Source: a virus (taxonomy: Duplodnaviria > Caudoviricetes). From it: a DNA stretch of 64,000 bases. A program made the position numbers and the translations under genes. Shown here piece by piece: positions 40,681 to 49,322 of the stretch (positions are counted from its first letter, which is position 1; the number at the start of each line of letters is the position of its first letter). The notes under the pieces are model-generated. The model was not told where the DNA came from and did not search any database. It saw only the letters and a list, made by a program, of their open reading frames with translations. The stretch is taken from IMG/VR virus record IMGVR_UViG_3300028048_000079, positions 32,001 through 96,000 of that record; one strand, given 5' to 3'.

Positions 40681-40890
40681 AAAAAATTTTTCTGGAATTT
40701 TTTTTTGAAATAACCTTTAATAGAATAAACCCCACCCCCCCCCTTATTTTTTCCCGGATTTTTTTCAAAGATTTGCAGAGCAAACCGTGTGCCACCGTCA
40801 GCCGGAAACATAGGGGGTGGCGGAGACGTGGGATACGTAGGTAGGGGGTACATAGGGAGGGGGTGCAGCAGTCCTACCACATCCCCTCCG
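40681..40890. other. C-run/G-run element; putative genome terminus or packaging-associated site
   Basis: A/T tracts, CCCCACCCCCCCCC at 40730-40743, five G-runs at 40813-40863; abrupt change in composition and gene class. Confidence 0.45.
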
Positions 40891-40894
40891 TGTA

Positions 40895-40910
40895 TGTTCC
40901 ACGTGAAACC
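40895..40910. promoter_or_regulatory. parS-like site
   Basis: TGTTCCACGTGAAACC, 15/16 match to the canonical TGTTNCACGTGAAACA. Confidence 0.7.
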
Positions 40911-42014
40911 TTATGCAGCCATCAGCAGTTGGTAAGCATCCTCGACCTTCTTCTGTGCGCTACCGAACATCATAGCGTTGAACTTGTCTTCCTGAGATTT
41001 CCAATTCTTCTCATTCTGAAGGTAGGTAGTCACACCATTCAGCAGCCACACCTTTGTGCCACGATTGTACTCCTGTCCTACTCCATTCTCGATGCTGTCC
41101 GTCAGGGCTGCCATAATGTTCTTTGTTCGTGTGCTGATTTCCTCAACGTGGTCAGCCTTGAAGTCAGCCTTCTTCCAAAGTTCAAAGGCGGGAGCAGTCA
41201 GACACAACTTGCCTACGAAGTCACGTGCATATTCAGCAGTGATGGTCTCCTCCTTGAGTCCAAGCATACGCTCCATGAACTTGTCGCTAAATTTAACTGA
41301 CTTGCTGAAAAGTTCAGCGGCAATTTTGCGGTTGCGCTCGATAGTCCAATCAAGACGCTCGTCGACCTTAGAAGTGTGCTTGAACACCACTTTGTTGGCG
41401 CAGCCCTTAATGGCCATGTTCAGTGTGTTCTGACAAATCACACGAATCGGTGTGAAGAAAGCCATGACACCGCCACTGCCATCATGTGAGTTAGTGAACA
41501 CCACATAGTTCTTGATTGCGTCGTTAGGGTTAAGATACGAATCCTCACCAAGTGTAGCGGTGATGAACATACGTTCGCCATAGCCAAGTGCGCCATAGGA
41601 TTCGATAACGGGTTCGCTACCACTTGCCTCCTTAATGAAGTCCATGAAGTCGAAAGCCTTGCTGTTCTGCACGATTCCGTAGCCCTTACCTACGATACCA
41701 AGTGTGTCGTTATTGTCAGTGCGCAGCGTAGCCTTATGGGTGTTAATGATGTCGGCCACTGACGGATTCCAATCGAAAGCCTCACCTTTGCGGATAGCCT
41801 CAACCATTTCAGAAGGTACACGCATCAGTGGCATTTCGCCCACCTCATAGTTAATGCGGTTTTCACTTGTTACGTCTGCCATAACGTCGTGGATGGTTGC
41901 ACCCTTCTCGCAGATTGTACCGAACTGCTGCCATGCTACACGCTGTGCACCCGTCTCTGTGTTAGGGTTAACGTTCACGTTACTCTGTCCGTTGATATTC
42001 AAAACTTGTGTCAT
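40911..42014 (-). CDS. DUF932/DUF945-family phage/plasmid protein
   Basis: AWQQFG, RTDNNDTLGIVGKGYGIVQN, NSHDGSG, TPIRVICQNTL, KHT; C-terminus LMAA. Confidence 0.85.
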   Translation of the reverse strand: MTQVLNINGQSNVNVNPNTETGAQRVAWQQFGTICEKGATIHDVMADVTSENRINYEVGEMPLMRVPSEMVEAIRKGEAFDWNPSVADIINTHKATLRTDNNDTLGIVGKGYGIVQNSKAFDFMDFIKEASGSEPVIESYGALGYGERMFITATLGEDSYLNPNDAIKNYVVFTNSHDGSGGVMAFFTPIRVICQNTLNMAIKGCANKVVFKHTSKVDERLDWTIERNRKIAAELFSKSVKFSDKFMERMLGLKEETITAEYARDFVGKLCLTAPAFELWKKADFKADHVEEISTRTKNIMAALTDSIENGVGQEYNRGTKVWLLNGVTTYLQNEKNWKSQEDKFNAMMFGSAQKKVEDAYQLLMAA

Positions 42015-42230
42015 AATAAATAATGTTTTAAAGAGTTATTACTATTTGTTTTAATTTCACGATGCAAAGGTAATAAAAAAAATTGATATATGCAAGAAAA
42101 AATGAATTTATTTTTAGTCGTTTTAATTTATTTAACAATTGAACATTTTTTAACGAATTTTTAACAGTCAATTAACATAGAAATTCAAGATTATTTTGTA
42201 CCTTTGCATTGTCATTCAGAAGATGGATGA

Positions 42231-42267
42231 AGGGTAAGGATGACACCTTAGAGTATAATCTCCGACA
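42231..42267 (+). ncRNA. Repeated small-RNA element, copy 1
   Basis: TAAGG-ATGACA-CCTTA-GAGTATAATCTCCGACA after the promoter at 42199. Confidence 0.65.
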
Positions 42268-42377
42268 CATTCATTGATAATATGTTAATTTATGTTTCAA
42301 AATGTAAGTAAAATAAAATCCGTCCTATCCTCTCGGACTGAACGGACTAACAACAATATAAGTCAAAAACTAAAACT

Positions 42378-42908
42378 TCATGCTGCTTCTGCCTTTTTAA
42401 TTCCTTGTTTGTACGGATAGCCACCCGTATAATCTATAACGGCTGTCATGACTTCTTTGTAATACTTCTCCATTTTGTTGGCAAGGTCTTTCATGTCCTT
42501 ATAGCTCTGTTTGCGGAACTTCTTTCCGCCATTGTCGACCAATACATTCTGCATCGACTTCATGGCGAGATACTTGTACTTTGGTGTGGTCTTGTCATAT
42601 GGTGAAAGCCATACAGAGCCACTACAGAACACAGATACCTTCTTGTTATATAAATCTATTTTAAAGTCAATGTATATTGAGTTTTCAGAAATGCCGTTGG
42701 GGTAGTCCTCCTTCTTCAGTGCATCCAATCTCACAAAGATAATATAGGGGCAGAAACCGCCCACTTTGCCCACAGAGACGTTTTCAGCAGTGCTGATGGG
42801 TATCAGATAGTCACGTAGCATTTCTCGTTGCTGTTGCCATTCTGTCACGTTCTTAGGGTCACGCATTGCGTTTTCCTTTGCCATGATGTTGTTAATATCG
42901 TATGCCAT
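42378..42908 (-). CDS. Early hypothetical protein (C-terminus AEAA)
   Basis: Start refined to MAYDIN; own promoter near 42962. Confidence 0.7.
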   Translation of the reverse strand: MAYDINNIMAKENAMRDPKNVTEWQQQREMLRDYLIPISTAENVSVGKVGGFCPYIIFVRLDALKKEDYPNGISENSIYIDFKIDLYNKKVSVFCSGSVWLSPYDKTTPKYKYLAMKSMQNVLVDNGGKKFRKQSYKDMKDLANKMEKYYKEVMTAVIDYTGGYPYKQGIKKAEAA

Positions 42909-43139
42909 AATTTTAATTGAATTTAAATTGTTAATAACTGATGTTCTTTTTAATAACGCTGCAAAGGTACAAAGAAATTCTGATATATGCAAATATTCTG
43001 TGCTAAAGAACGTTAAGCGGCCAATGTTTTTCCAGTTTCTTTACATTTCAGATTATCCATTACCTCTTTTGCGTGGTCATTCATTGACTTGTCACCGAAA
43101 GCAAATTTGGCTTTGCCATTTACAAAATATATCATACCT

Positions 43140-43502
43140 TTAAATCATTGTTATAAGTTCATTAATAAAATACCTCATATCGTCAGCATAATCTTTTAAA
43201 TCGTCCCATGATGTTCTGTATACGTTAAAATCTTCAGGGAAAAACTCAGACATATGCTCATAAGTGGGTTTATCACCATAAATTCGTTGAATTAACTTTT
43301 CTTGAATGGTTGTCGGCTCTCCGTCTAAAATTAAATGATATCCTTTTGGTTCTGTGCCGTAAGCCTTGAAGAACTCTACAGCGTCATGGCTGTTTGATGG
43401 GTCATTAACCAACGCTTTCCATTCCTTTTTGAATTTTTTGGACTTTCCCCAATAATATTCTTTATTGTTACCTTCATTGAGATTTATTGCAATTATTTTC
43501 AT
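43140..43502 (-). CDS. Early hypothetical protein
   Basis: 120 aa ORF. Confidence 0.65.
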   Translation of the reverse strand: MKIIAINLNEGNNKEYYWGKSKKFKKEWKALVNDPSNSHDAVEFFKAYGTEPKGYHLILDGEPTTIQEKLIQRIYGDKPTYEHMSEFFPEDFNVYRTSWDDLKDYADDMRYFINELITMI

Positions 43503-43537
43503 GTTGTTTTATTTTTAGATGTTAATAATTTTTGTTT

Positions 43538-43930
43538 TTATCCGTAGATTTCCTCGCCAAAGACGATGGTTTGCAGTAGGCAGTCAGCATCTAACATATC
43601 GCCTTCTTCTGTCATAATGTTGGCATATTGTCTTGGATAGTGGAACATAAATTTCTTGAAACCCTTTTCGATATCCTTAATGGAAACCTTATATTCCTTT
43701 TCTTCTTCTCTGTCCTCAATCAGCAGATAGCCACCATTGATTAAGACATAAGCCCAAATGTCCTCTCTGCAATCATACATAGTTTTGGCTGTTTCGTACA
43801 ATTCCTTATCGGTGTCTTGATGTGTGCCGAATGATGCCCAATAGTTGCCGTAACTTGCATCTGAAAGCCATGTTGAAAGCCAATCGTGGTTTGTAATAAT
43901 TGCTTTAACTGAATTTATTTTCTTTGCCAT
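43538..43930 (-). CDS. Early hypothetical protein
   Basis: C-terminal DADCLLQTIVFGEEIYG motif. Confidence 0.7.
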   Translation of the reverse strand: MAKKINSVKAIITNHDWLSTWLSDASYGNYWASFGTHQDTDKELYETAKTMYDCREDIWAYVLINGGYLLIEDREEEKEYKVSIKDIEKGFKKFMFHYPRQYANIMTEEGDMLDADCLLQTIVFGEEIYG

Positions 43931-43950
43931 AGTTGTATTGAATTAAATTA

Positions 43951-44031
43951 TATCTCGGAATTATTCCTTGATTTCTGTGTGCAAAGTTAATCATAATTTT
44001 TGAGAAAAACGAAGGAAATACATTTTTTAAC
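43951..44031 (-). repeat. Duplicated promoter + leader cassette (second copy at about 46325-46404)
   Basis: TATCTCGGAATTATTCCTTGATTTCTGTGTGCAAAG and TTTTGAGAAAAACGAAGGAA.TACATTTTTTAAC occur in both copies. Confidence 0.85.
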
Positions 44032-44069
44032 CAAAGATTAACATTTGTTTAGATTTATATAATGGGGTG

Positions 44070-44106
44070 TGTTGGAGACTATACTTTAGAGTTTCACCCC
44101 TACCTC
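44070..44106 (-). ncRNA. Repeated small-RNA element, copy 2
   Basis: TAGGG-GTGAAA-CTCTA-AAGTATAGTCTCCAACA on the minus strand, after the promoter near 44123. Confidence 0.65.
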
Positions 44107-44234
44107 TTTTATTTTTCTACTGCAAAGATAGTAAAAAAAGTTGAGATATGGAAATTATTTTTGTTAATTGTTATTAACTGATTGTTAATAAAACAAAACA
44201 AGGGAAGAGTGGTTTACCCTTCCCTTTTGGCTGA

Positions 44235-44250
44235 TGTTTCACGTGGAACA
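44235..44250. promoter_or_regulatory. parS site
   Basis: TGTTTCACGTGGAACA; the reverse complement TGTTCCACGTGAAACA is a perfect match to the canonical consensus. Confidence 0.8.
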
Positions 44251-44251
44251 T

Positions 44252-44794
44252 TTAGGCTGCATCTGCCATCGGCTCGTCCTCCTTCTCCTTGACGGGAATA
44301 TTAAGGTTCTTACAGAGGGCTTCATAGTTGCCACGTGCTCCACACTGCTTGCCCAATTTCTCGGACTTGTTGAGGTCGTTGATGAACGTCACGAAGTCGT
44401 TGGAAACTCTCTCGTAGTAACGCATCACTAAGCGGATGGTCACGTCTGACATCTTCTTTCCCTCAAGGCCGTTATACTTGTTGTACTCCATGCCCATCAT
44501 GTGAACTTGCTCGACCTTGCAAGCCTTGAACTGCTTGTAGCCCTTCTCGAACTCCGACATCTTGAAAGCACCCTTAGAGACACCTACTTGAAGGATGAAA
44601 TAGAATGGGATGGACTTGTGGCTATCTGCAAAGGCCACGATTTCCTCACAGATACGCTTGTGCAGCAGAGCCTTCTGTCGTTCGTCATAATGCTTTGTAC
44701 CTTCCTTCTTGTACTGCGGAAGATTGTACTTTCCGTTAATCTTGTTAGCGGCTGTGTTGCGGATTGCGGTTTCAACTGAATTTTTCATAATCAA
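44252..44794 (-). CDS. Early hypothetical protein (C-terminus ADAA)
   Basis: 180 aa, GC-richer codon usage, own promoter near 44853. Confidence 0.7.
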   Translation of the reverse strand: MIMKNSVETAIRNTAANKINGKYNLPQYKKEGTKHYDERQKALLHKRICEEIVAFADSHKSIPFYFILQVGVSKGAFKMSEFEKGYKQFKACKVEQVHMMGMEYNKYNGLEGKKMSDVTIRLVMRYYERVSNDFVTFINDLNKSEKLGKQCGARGNYEALCKNLNIPVKEKEDEPMADAA

Positions 44795-44938
44795 ATCTCC
44801 TATTTTTAAATTGTTAAACTTAATGTGAATTACTTGTCTTATTTTGACACTGCAAAGGTAATAAAAATATTTGAGACTACCAAATTTTTAAATACTTTTT
44901 AACTGGAAATACCGTTATTTAACATTCGTTCACTAAAA

Positions 44939-45100
44939 TCAATCGTTATACATCAAAACTTGTTCGATTGCATCACATACATGGTCGTAGCCACTTCCGT
45001 ACTGCTGACCTTCTTCATCAAGGACAACAAAACCTTCAGTCCAATCATGTTGGATTGTGTAACGTCCAATTTTCAGATGATTTTTATTTATTGCTACCAT
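44939..45100 (-). CDS. Small early protein (53 aa)
   Basis: Below the track cut-off: MVAINKNHLKIGRYTIQHDWTEGFVVLDEEG...; promoter near 45148. Confidence 0.6.
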   Translation of the reverse strand: MVAINKNHLKIGRYTIQHDWTEGFVVLDEEGQQYGSGYDHVCDAIEQVLMYND

Positions 45101-45246
45101 ACATTATTAATATTAAAGGGTTATTACTAATTGATTTTTGATAGCGCAAAGGTAATACTTTTTTCTGAAATATCCAAATATTAGATGAATTTTATTTGTT
45201 AAAGAACGTTAAAAATTAAGGGATATTAACAATTTTAATTGGCTTA

Positions 45247-45283
45247 CATTGGAGATTATACTTTAGGATTTTACTCCTACCTT
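45247..45283 (-). ncRNA. Repeated small-RNA element, copy 3
   Basis: TAGGA-GTAAAA-TCCTA-AAGTATAATCTCCAATG after the promoter near 45299. Confidence 0.65.
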
Positions 45284-45579
45284 TTAATTTTGATAGTGCA
45301 AAGTTAAGGAAAAAAACTGAATTATGCAACTTTTTTGTGCTAAATAATATTAAATGAATTGTTAAAAATTGTTTTGTGGGAAAGCACTTCGGTCTCGCTT
45401 CTACGTTAGGCTCTGAACACTTGTACTTTGTGCCTTTTGGCTTAACTCCACTACCCTCCAAAGGTAACTCCCACAAAACTAAAATAGTTCGCAACTTCTT
45501 TCGTCCATAGCGACATGGATTCTTTTCTTAGGCTCTGTTGCTTTTCCTAATAGGTGGGTAGCCACCCCACCACGTATCT

Positions 45580-45930
45580 CTATGCAACCTCCTTGAGGCT
45601 GATGTATCTTTCACTCCATTTCCACTTTATTTGAAATGCTGCATCATGGCAATTTTCACGGTAGGCTTGAAGGTCTGCCTTTGCCTCCTCTTTCGTGGTG
45701 CAAAAACATTCCACGTCCCATCCTTCGCCATAGTTGGACATCACACATGGACAAAGCGTAAACTCTGTCAATTCACCATCCCAATCTTTTGTGAGACGTT
45801 TAGCTGTTTCTTCTGTAATGTCACGCAAACGGCAAGCCTTCTTGCAAGCCTTATAGGTTCTGCCAAAGTTTACTAAGCCGACATACAATCCGCTTTTTAA
45901 CTTGATTTGATATTCTGTCCTATTTGCCAT
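45580..45930 (-). CDS. Early hypothetical protein (C-terminus EVA)
   Basis: NYGEGWDVEC...L.AYREN motif; own promoter. Confidence 0.7.
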   Translation of the reverse strand: MANRTEYQIKLKSGLYVGLVNFGRTYKACKKACRLRDITEETAKRLTKDWDGELTEFTLCPCVMSNYGEGWDVECFCTTKEEAKADLQAYRENCHDAAFQIKWKWSERYISLKEVA

Positions 45931-46042
45931 AACTTATTACTATTATAAATTGATTTTTAATTTGACACTGCAAAGGTAATACTTTTTTCTGAAATATGCA
46001 AATTATTTTAGTTAAAAAGCGTTTCAGAATTGTTAAAAGATG

Positions 46043-46303
46043 TTAACCAACTCTCATTACATATACACCTTCGTAGTCACCACCAAAATCGATATCAGCA
46101 ACTTTTTCACCTATTTTGAGGTCTGTGAATGGTCTGCCATCGGTTGCAACTTCTAAACCTAACTTCATAAAATCCTCTGCTGAACGTACAACATGAACTA
46201 ACGGCTTGTCACCATCTACAGCCCATGATTCGCATTCTGATGTATTAATAACAAGGTATGCACCAAAATTTTTGTTGTACTCTTTTATTTCTAAACGTTC
46301 CAT
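46043..46303 (-). CDS. Early hypothetical protein
   Basis: 86 aa ORF with its own promoter. Confidence 0.65.
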   Translation of the reverse strand: MERLEIKEYNKNFGAYLVINTSECESWAVDGDKPLVHVVRSAEDFMKLGLEVATDGRPFTDLKIGEKVADIDFGGDYEGVYVMRVG

Positions 46304-46522
46304 ATTAAAAAACTAATTTATATTATCTCGGAATTATTCCTTGATTTCTGTGTGCAAAGGTACAAAGAAATTTTGAGAAAAACGAAGGAATTACATTTTT
46401 TAACATGACTTTAACGTTTAATATAGGAAATGTTAAATCTTAGTTAAAAAAGTGTTAAAGTGCCGGAAATATTTGGTAATTTAAAAAATTATTCGTACCT
46501 TTGTATCGTCAATGAAAGACAA

Positions 46523-46559
46523 GGGGCAAAGGTGAAACTTTGAAGTATAATCTCCGACA
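46523..46559 (+). ncRNA. Repeated small-RNA element, copy 4
   Basis: CAAAG-GTGAAA-CTTTG-AAGTATAATCTCCGACA after the promoter at 46496. Confidence 0.65.
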
Positions 46560-46665
46560 TGGGTAATTATTTTTTCTTAAAAAACGTTAAAAGCAACCCC
46601 ACCTACTTTCACAAGCGGATGGGGTAAAACTGAAATGCCTAAAATTTCCAAAGGTGAGGAGGCTT

Positions 46666-46962
46666 TTATGCAGCCTCCTTCTTCACATAGCTGGTAAGGT
46701 CGTAAGTACCACGCGGTATGTGTGTGTCCGCACCAACTTCTGTAAACTTTTTTCCACGTCTTTCAAGTTCCCTACGTGTATAGGCCTGCTGCTTGCTTGT
46801 GGTGCAAGAATACTTGCAGACGTTAAACAGAATGCCATCAGCCGTTTTTTGGGCGATGCAAGTCGCATAAGAATACAACTTCGTGCCGTTAGTCCGCATT
46901 GAACCATTCTGCTTTTCCTGACCATTGATAAAAGCGTTAATCAAATCTACATTACTAATCAT
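46666..46962 (-). CDS. Early hypothetical protein (C-terminus KEAA)
   Basis: LYSYATCIA...YSCTTSKQQ motif. Confidence 0.7.
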   Translation of the reverse strand: MISNVDLINAFINGQEKQNGSMRTNGTKLYSYATCIAQKTADGILFNVCKYSCTTSKQQAYTRRELERRGKKFTEVGADTHIPRGTYDLTSYVKKEAA

Positions 46963-47217
46963 ATCTGTATCTCCTATAAATTAAAGATGTTAAACTTGTG
47001 GGGTGTCATTCCCTTAACTTTTGACGATGCAAAGGTAATACATTTTTTTGAATTATGCAAATTTTTGGGTAATTATTTTCGTCCAATTTTGTTTAATTAA
47101 CACTTAAGTGTATCATTTCTTAACAAATCATAAAAAAACGCTAAAAATTTGGTGGTTTCAAATATTATACTTACCTTTGCATTCGATTTCAAATAACAAT
47201 TCAAAATAATAAGGTAT

Positions 47218-47391
47218 ATGAATAATAAATCAAAATTTCTCTTAGTCCTAATAACGCTAATTTATTGTGCCATATTGTATTATGGTGTATTCTGTTTATC
47301 CAATCCCTACAAAAGCAGTCTGTTGATTTCTGTAGGGTTTATTGCTGTTATTTTAGCCTATGGCTACGTATTTGAGAAGTATAACAAATAA
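47218..47391 (+). CDS. Small two-TM membrane protein (57 aa)
   Basis: Below the track cut-off; follows the promoter at 47172. Confidence 0.55.
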   Translation: MNNKSKFLLVLITLIYCAILYYGVFCLSNPYKSSLLISVGFIAVILAYGYVFEKYNK

Positions 47392-47405
47392 AAAATTTTT
47401 ACGTT

Positions 47406-48095
47406 ATGAGTTGTCCTAATTTCCACAAAATCAATGCACATAATTATTATGTCGTAGGCGATACAACAACCGCCTATGATGATGAACTTGAGGAGGAGGT
47501 CGAGGTAACGAAGGATTCCTTTGACTACGATTGCGATATAGACTTTGCACAAGAAAGCGCAAAGGAAAAAGGTTTTGACCCCGTGGACTACAATGACCGA
47601 AATTCCTATCAGAATAGTATGTGTGCATCTTGTCTTTCATCTAAATCTAAATGGTATGCTTTCGGCAAAAAGGGTGCTAACATGGATTTCAACAACTTTG
47701 AATTCAGTCAAGAAATTTATGTTCATAGCGGCCATTATTCCGGAATGAACTACGATTGGGATATTTGTATATCTGATAATTTCGGTAATCACTTCCGGAT
47801 TTCTGAATACGATTCTATAGAGTCTCTTGTGGATGATATTGCCGACACATGGCAAGAAAATGCTACAGATTCATGGTATGACACATGGAATGCCGGATTG
47901 GCTAAAATCCAAAGGAAAAACCTTGTGAAGTGGCTGAATGGTATGATAGAAAAACTATCTGATGAAGTCGACGATGTGTGCCGATATATCTGTGAGGAGG
48001 TTTACGTATGTGGCGGTATCTTCTCAAATGGTGAAGCTGTCTATTACAAAGAAGATAGTCTTAAAGGTAAGGTGAACAACGTGGAGGCTGCATAA
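47406..48095 (+). CDS. Early acidic hypothetical protein (C-terminus VEAA)
   Basis: 229 aa; SGHYSG and FSNGEAVY motifs. Confidence 0.7.
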   Translation: MSCPNFHKINAHNYYVVGDTTTAYDDELEEEVEVTKDSFDYDCDIDFAQESAKEKGFDPVDYNDRNSYQNSMCASCLSSKSKWYAFGKKGANMDFNNFEFSQEIYVHSGHYSGMNYDWDICISDNFGNHFRISEYDSIESLVDDIADTWQENATDSWYDTWNAGLAKIQRKNLVKWLNGMIEKLSDEVDDVCRYICEEVYVCGGIFSNGEAVYYKEDSLKGKVNNVEAA

Positions 48096-48116
48096 GTCTC
48101 CACACCGCTACCCTAT

Positions 48117-48132
48117 GTACTCGAATGGGTAC
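48117..48132 (+). repeat. GTACTC-AAAT-GAGTAC hairpin family (also at 48484, 49258, 57632)
   Basis: Four intergenic copies, all on the + strand. Confidence 0.8.
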
Positions 48133-48166
48133 AGGTTAACACAAATATCAATTAAAATAAAAAATT

Positions 48167-48472
48167 ATGTTACGTTATAGCGGAGAAAAATTTCAGATGG
48201 TTGATAGGAAAGGAATAGTCCATGAAGTCCTACAAGTAACCAAAGGTAAGGCTAAGAAAGCCTATGAGGAAGGCAAACATATATGGATTCACCCTTGTAA
48301 TATGCGTGTATCAAATGTATGGCAGTCACCAATGCCTTTCAACAAGAAAGCGATTGAAGATAATGCCTTCCTAATGAATAGTACGTTTGATGATATTGTT
48401 AATGATTTCCGGTATTACAACTGCGACAATGAACGTGGAAAATATCCTATCTTCTTCGTGGCGGCAGCGTGA
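48167..48472 (+). CDS. Early hypothetical protein (C-terminus VAAA)
   Basis: FRYYNCDNERGKYPIFF motif. Confidence 0.7.
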   Translation: MLRYSGEKFQMVDRKGIVHEVLQVTKGKAKKAYEEGKHIWIHPCNMRVSNVWQSPMPFNKKAIEDNAFLMNSTFDDIVNDFRYYNCDNERGKYPIFFVAAA

Positions 48473-48604
48473 GCAGACCCCATGTACTCAAATGAGTAAC
48501 AAATAACATCAATTAACAATTCATTAAGGTTCTTTAAGCAAAAAAGTTTGGTAGATTAAAAAATTATTCGTAACTTTGCAGTCGAAATTAAAACAATAAA
48601 GAAT

Positions 48605-48880
48605 ATGAGAGAAGACTATAAGTATGGCCAACGGTACGGCAGACGTTTTTTTGTTGGAATCGACATCGCTCTTGTGGCAATGGTAGTATATGCTTTCAAT
48701 GCCGAGTGCTATTCATCTGAAGAAGTAAATACATTCAGTGAGGACACTTGTAAGTCTCTTGCAAAGCACGATAGTAAAAACGTCCATATCTATGAGTATG
48801 AGACAAAAAATATCGACAACATTTGTAATGCCATTAACAGAGAAGGCAAAATCGTGTTTGTAAGAGCATTTGAAAAGTAA
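48605..48880 (+). CDS. Early hypothetical protein
   Basis: 91 aa ORF after the promoter at 48571. Confidence 0.55.
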   Translation: MREDYKYGQRYGRRFFVGIDIALVAMVVYAFNAECYSSEEVNTFSEDTCKSLAKHDSKNVHIYEYETKNIDNICNAINREGKIVFVRAFEK

Positions 48881-49174
48881 GGCATAAAAGTCTTGATGGC
48901 GCAGTGCGCAATGCTTAATAAGACTTCGGTTGACCATCATCGTCTGTGAGACATACGTTCATCGTTTATAGCAGACACTTTTAAAACTAAGGACAATAGG
49001 CTGAAGGAGTTTTACCGATAGTGGGTTTTCAAGTAGGCCACAAGCACCATAAGAAAGTGCAGACAACCGGAAACGGAATGTTAGATTAGTCCTGACCCAA
49101 ACGGAATTGACCGGTAGGACATGGTGAGAGTTAAGTCCATGTGGCTTGGTGAGTGGAATAGGAACTCATAAATT

Positions 49175-49249
49175 GCTCCCATAGTCGAGTGGATAAGACG
49201 AGAACCTCCTAAGTTCTAAGCACCGGTCCGATTCCGGTTGGGAGTACCA
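49175..49249 (+). tRNA. tRNA-Arg (anticodon CCU)
   Basis: Acceptor stem GCTCCCA/TGGGAGT, anticodon arm AGAAC-CTCCTAA-GTTCT, T arm ACCGG-TCCGATT-CCGGT, encoded CCA. Confidence 0.9.
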
Positions 49250-49322
49250 CACCCTATGTACTCAAATGAGTATGGTATACGAAGTAGAGTTAATATCAAT
49301 TTAAATTAAACAATTAGAAAGT

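Noticed and set aside
40650-40880. 76-aa Pro/Gly-rich ORF
   Set aside because: It is a translation of G/C homopolymer runs, with a GTG start and no promoter or start context.
49250-49320. Theta/HDV-like ribozyme after the tRNAs
   Set aside because: The sequences following both CCA ends lack the nested pseudoknot pattern.
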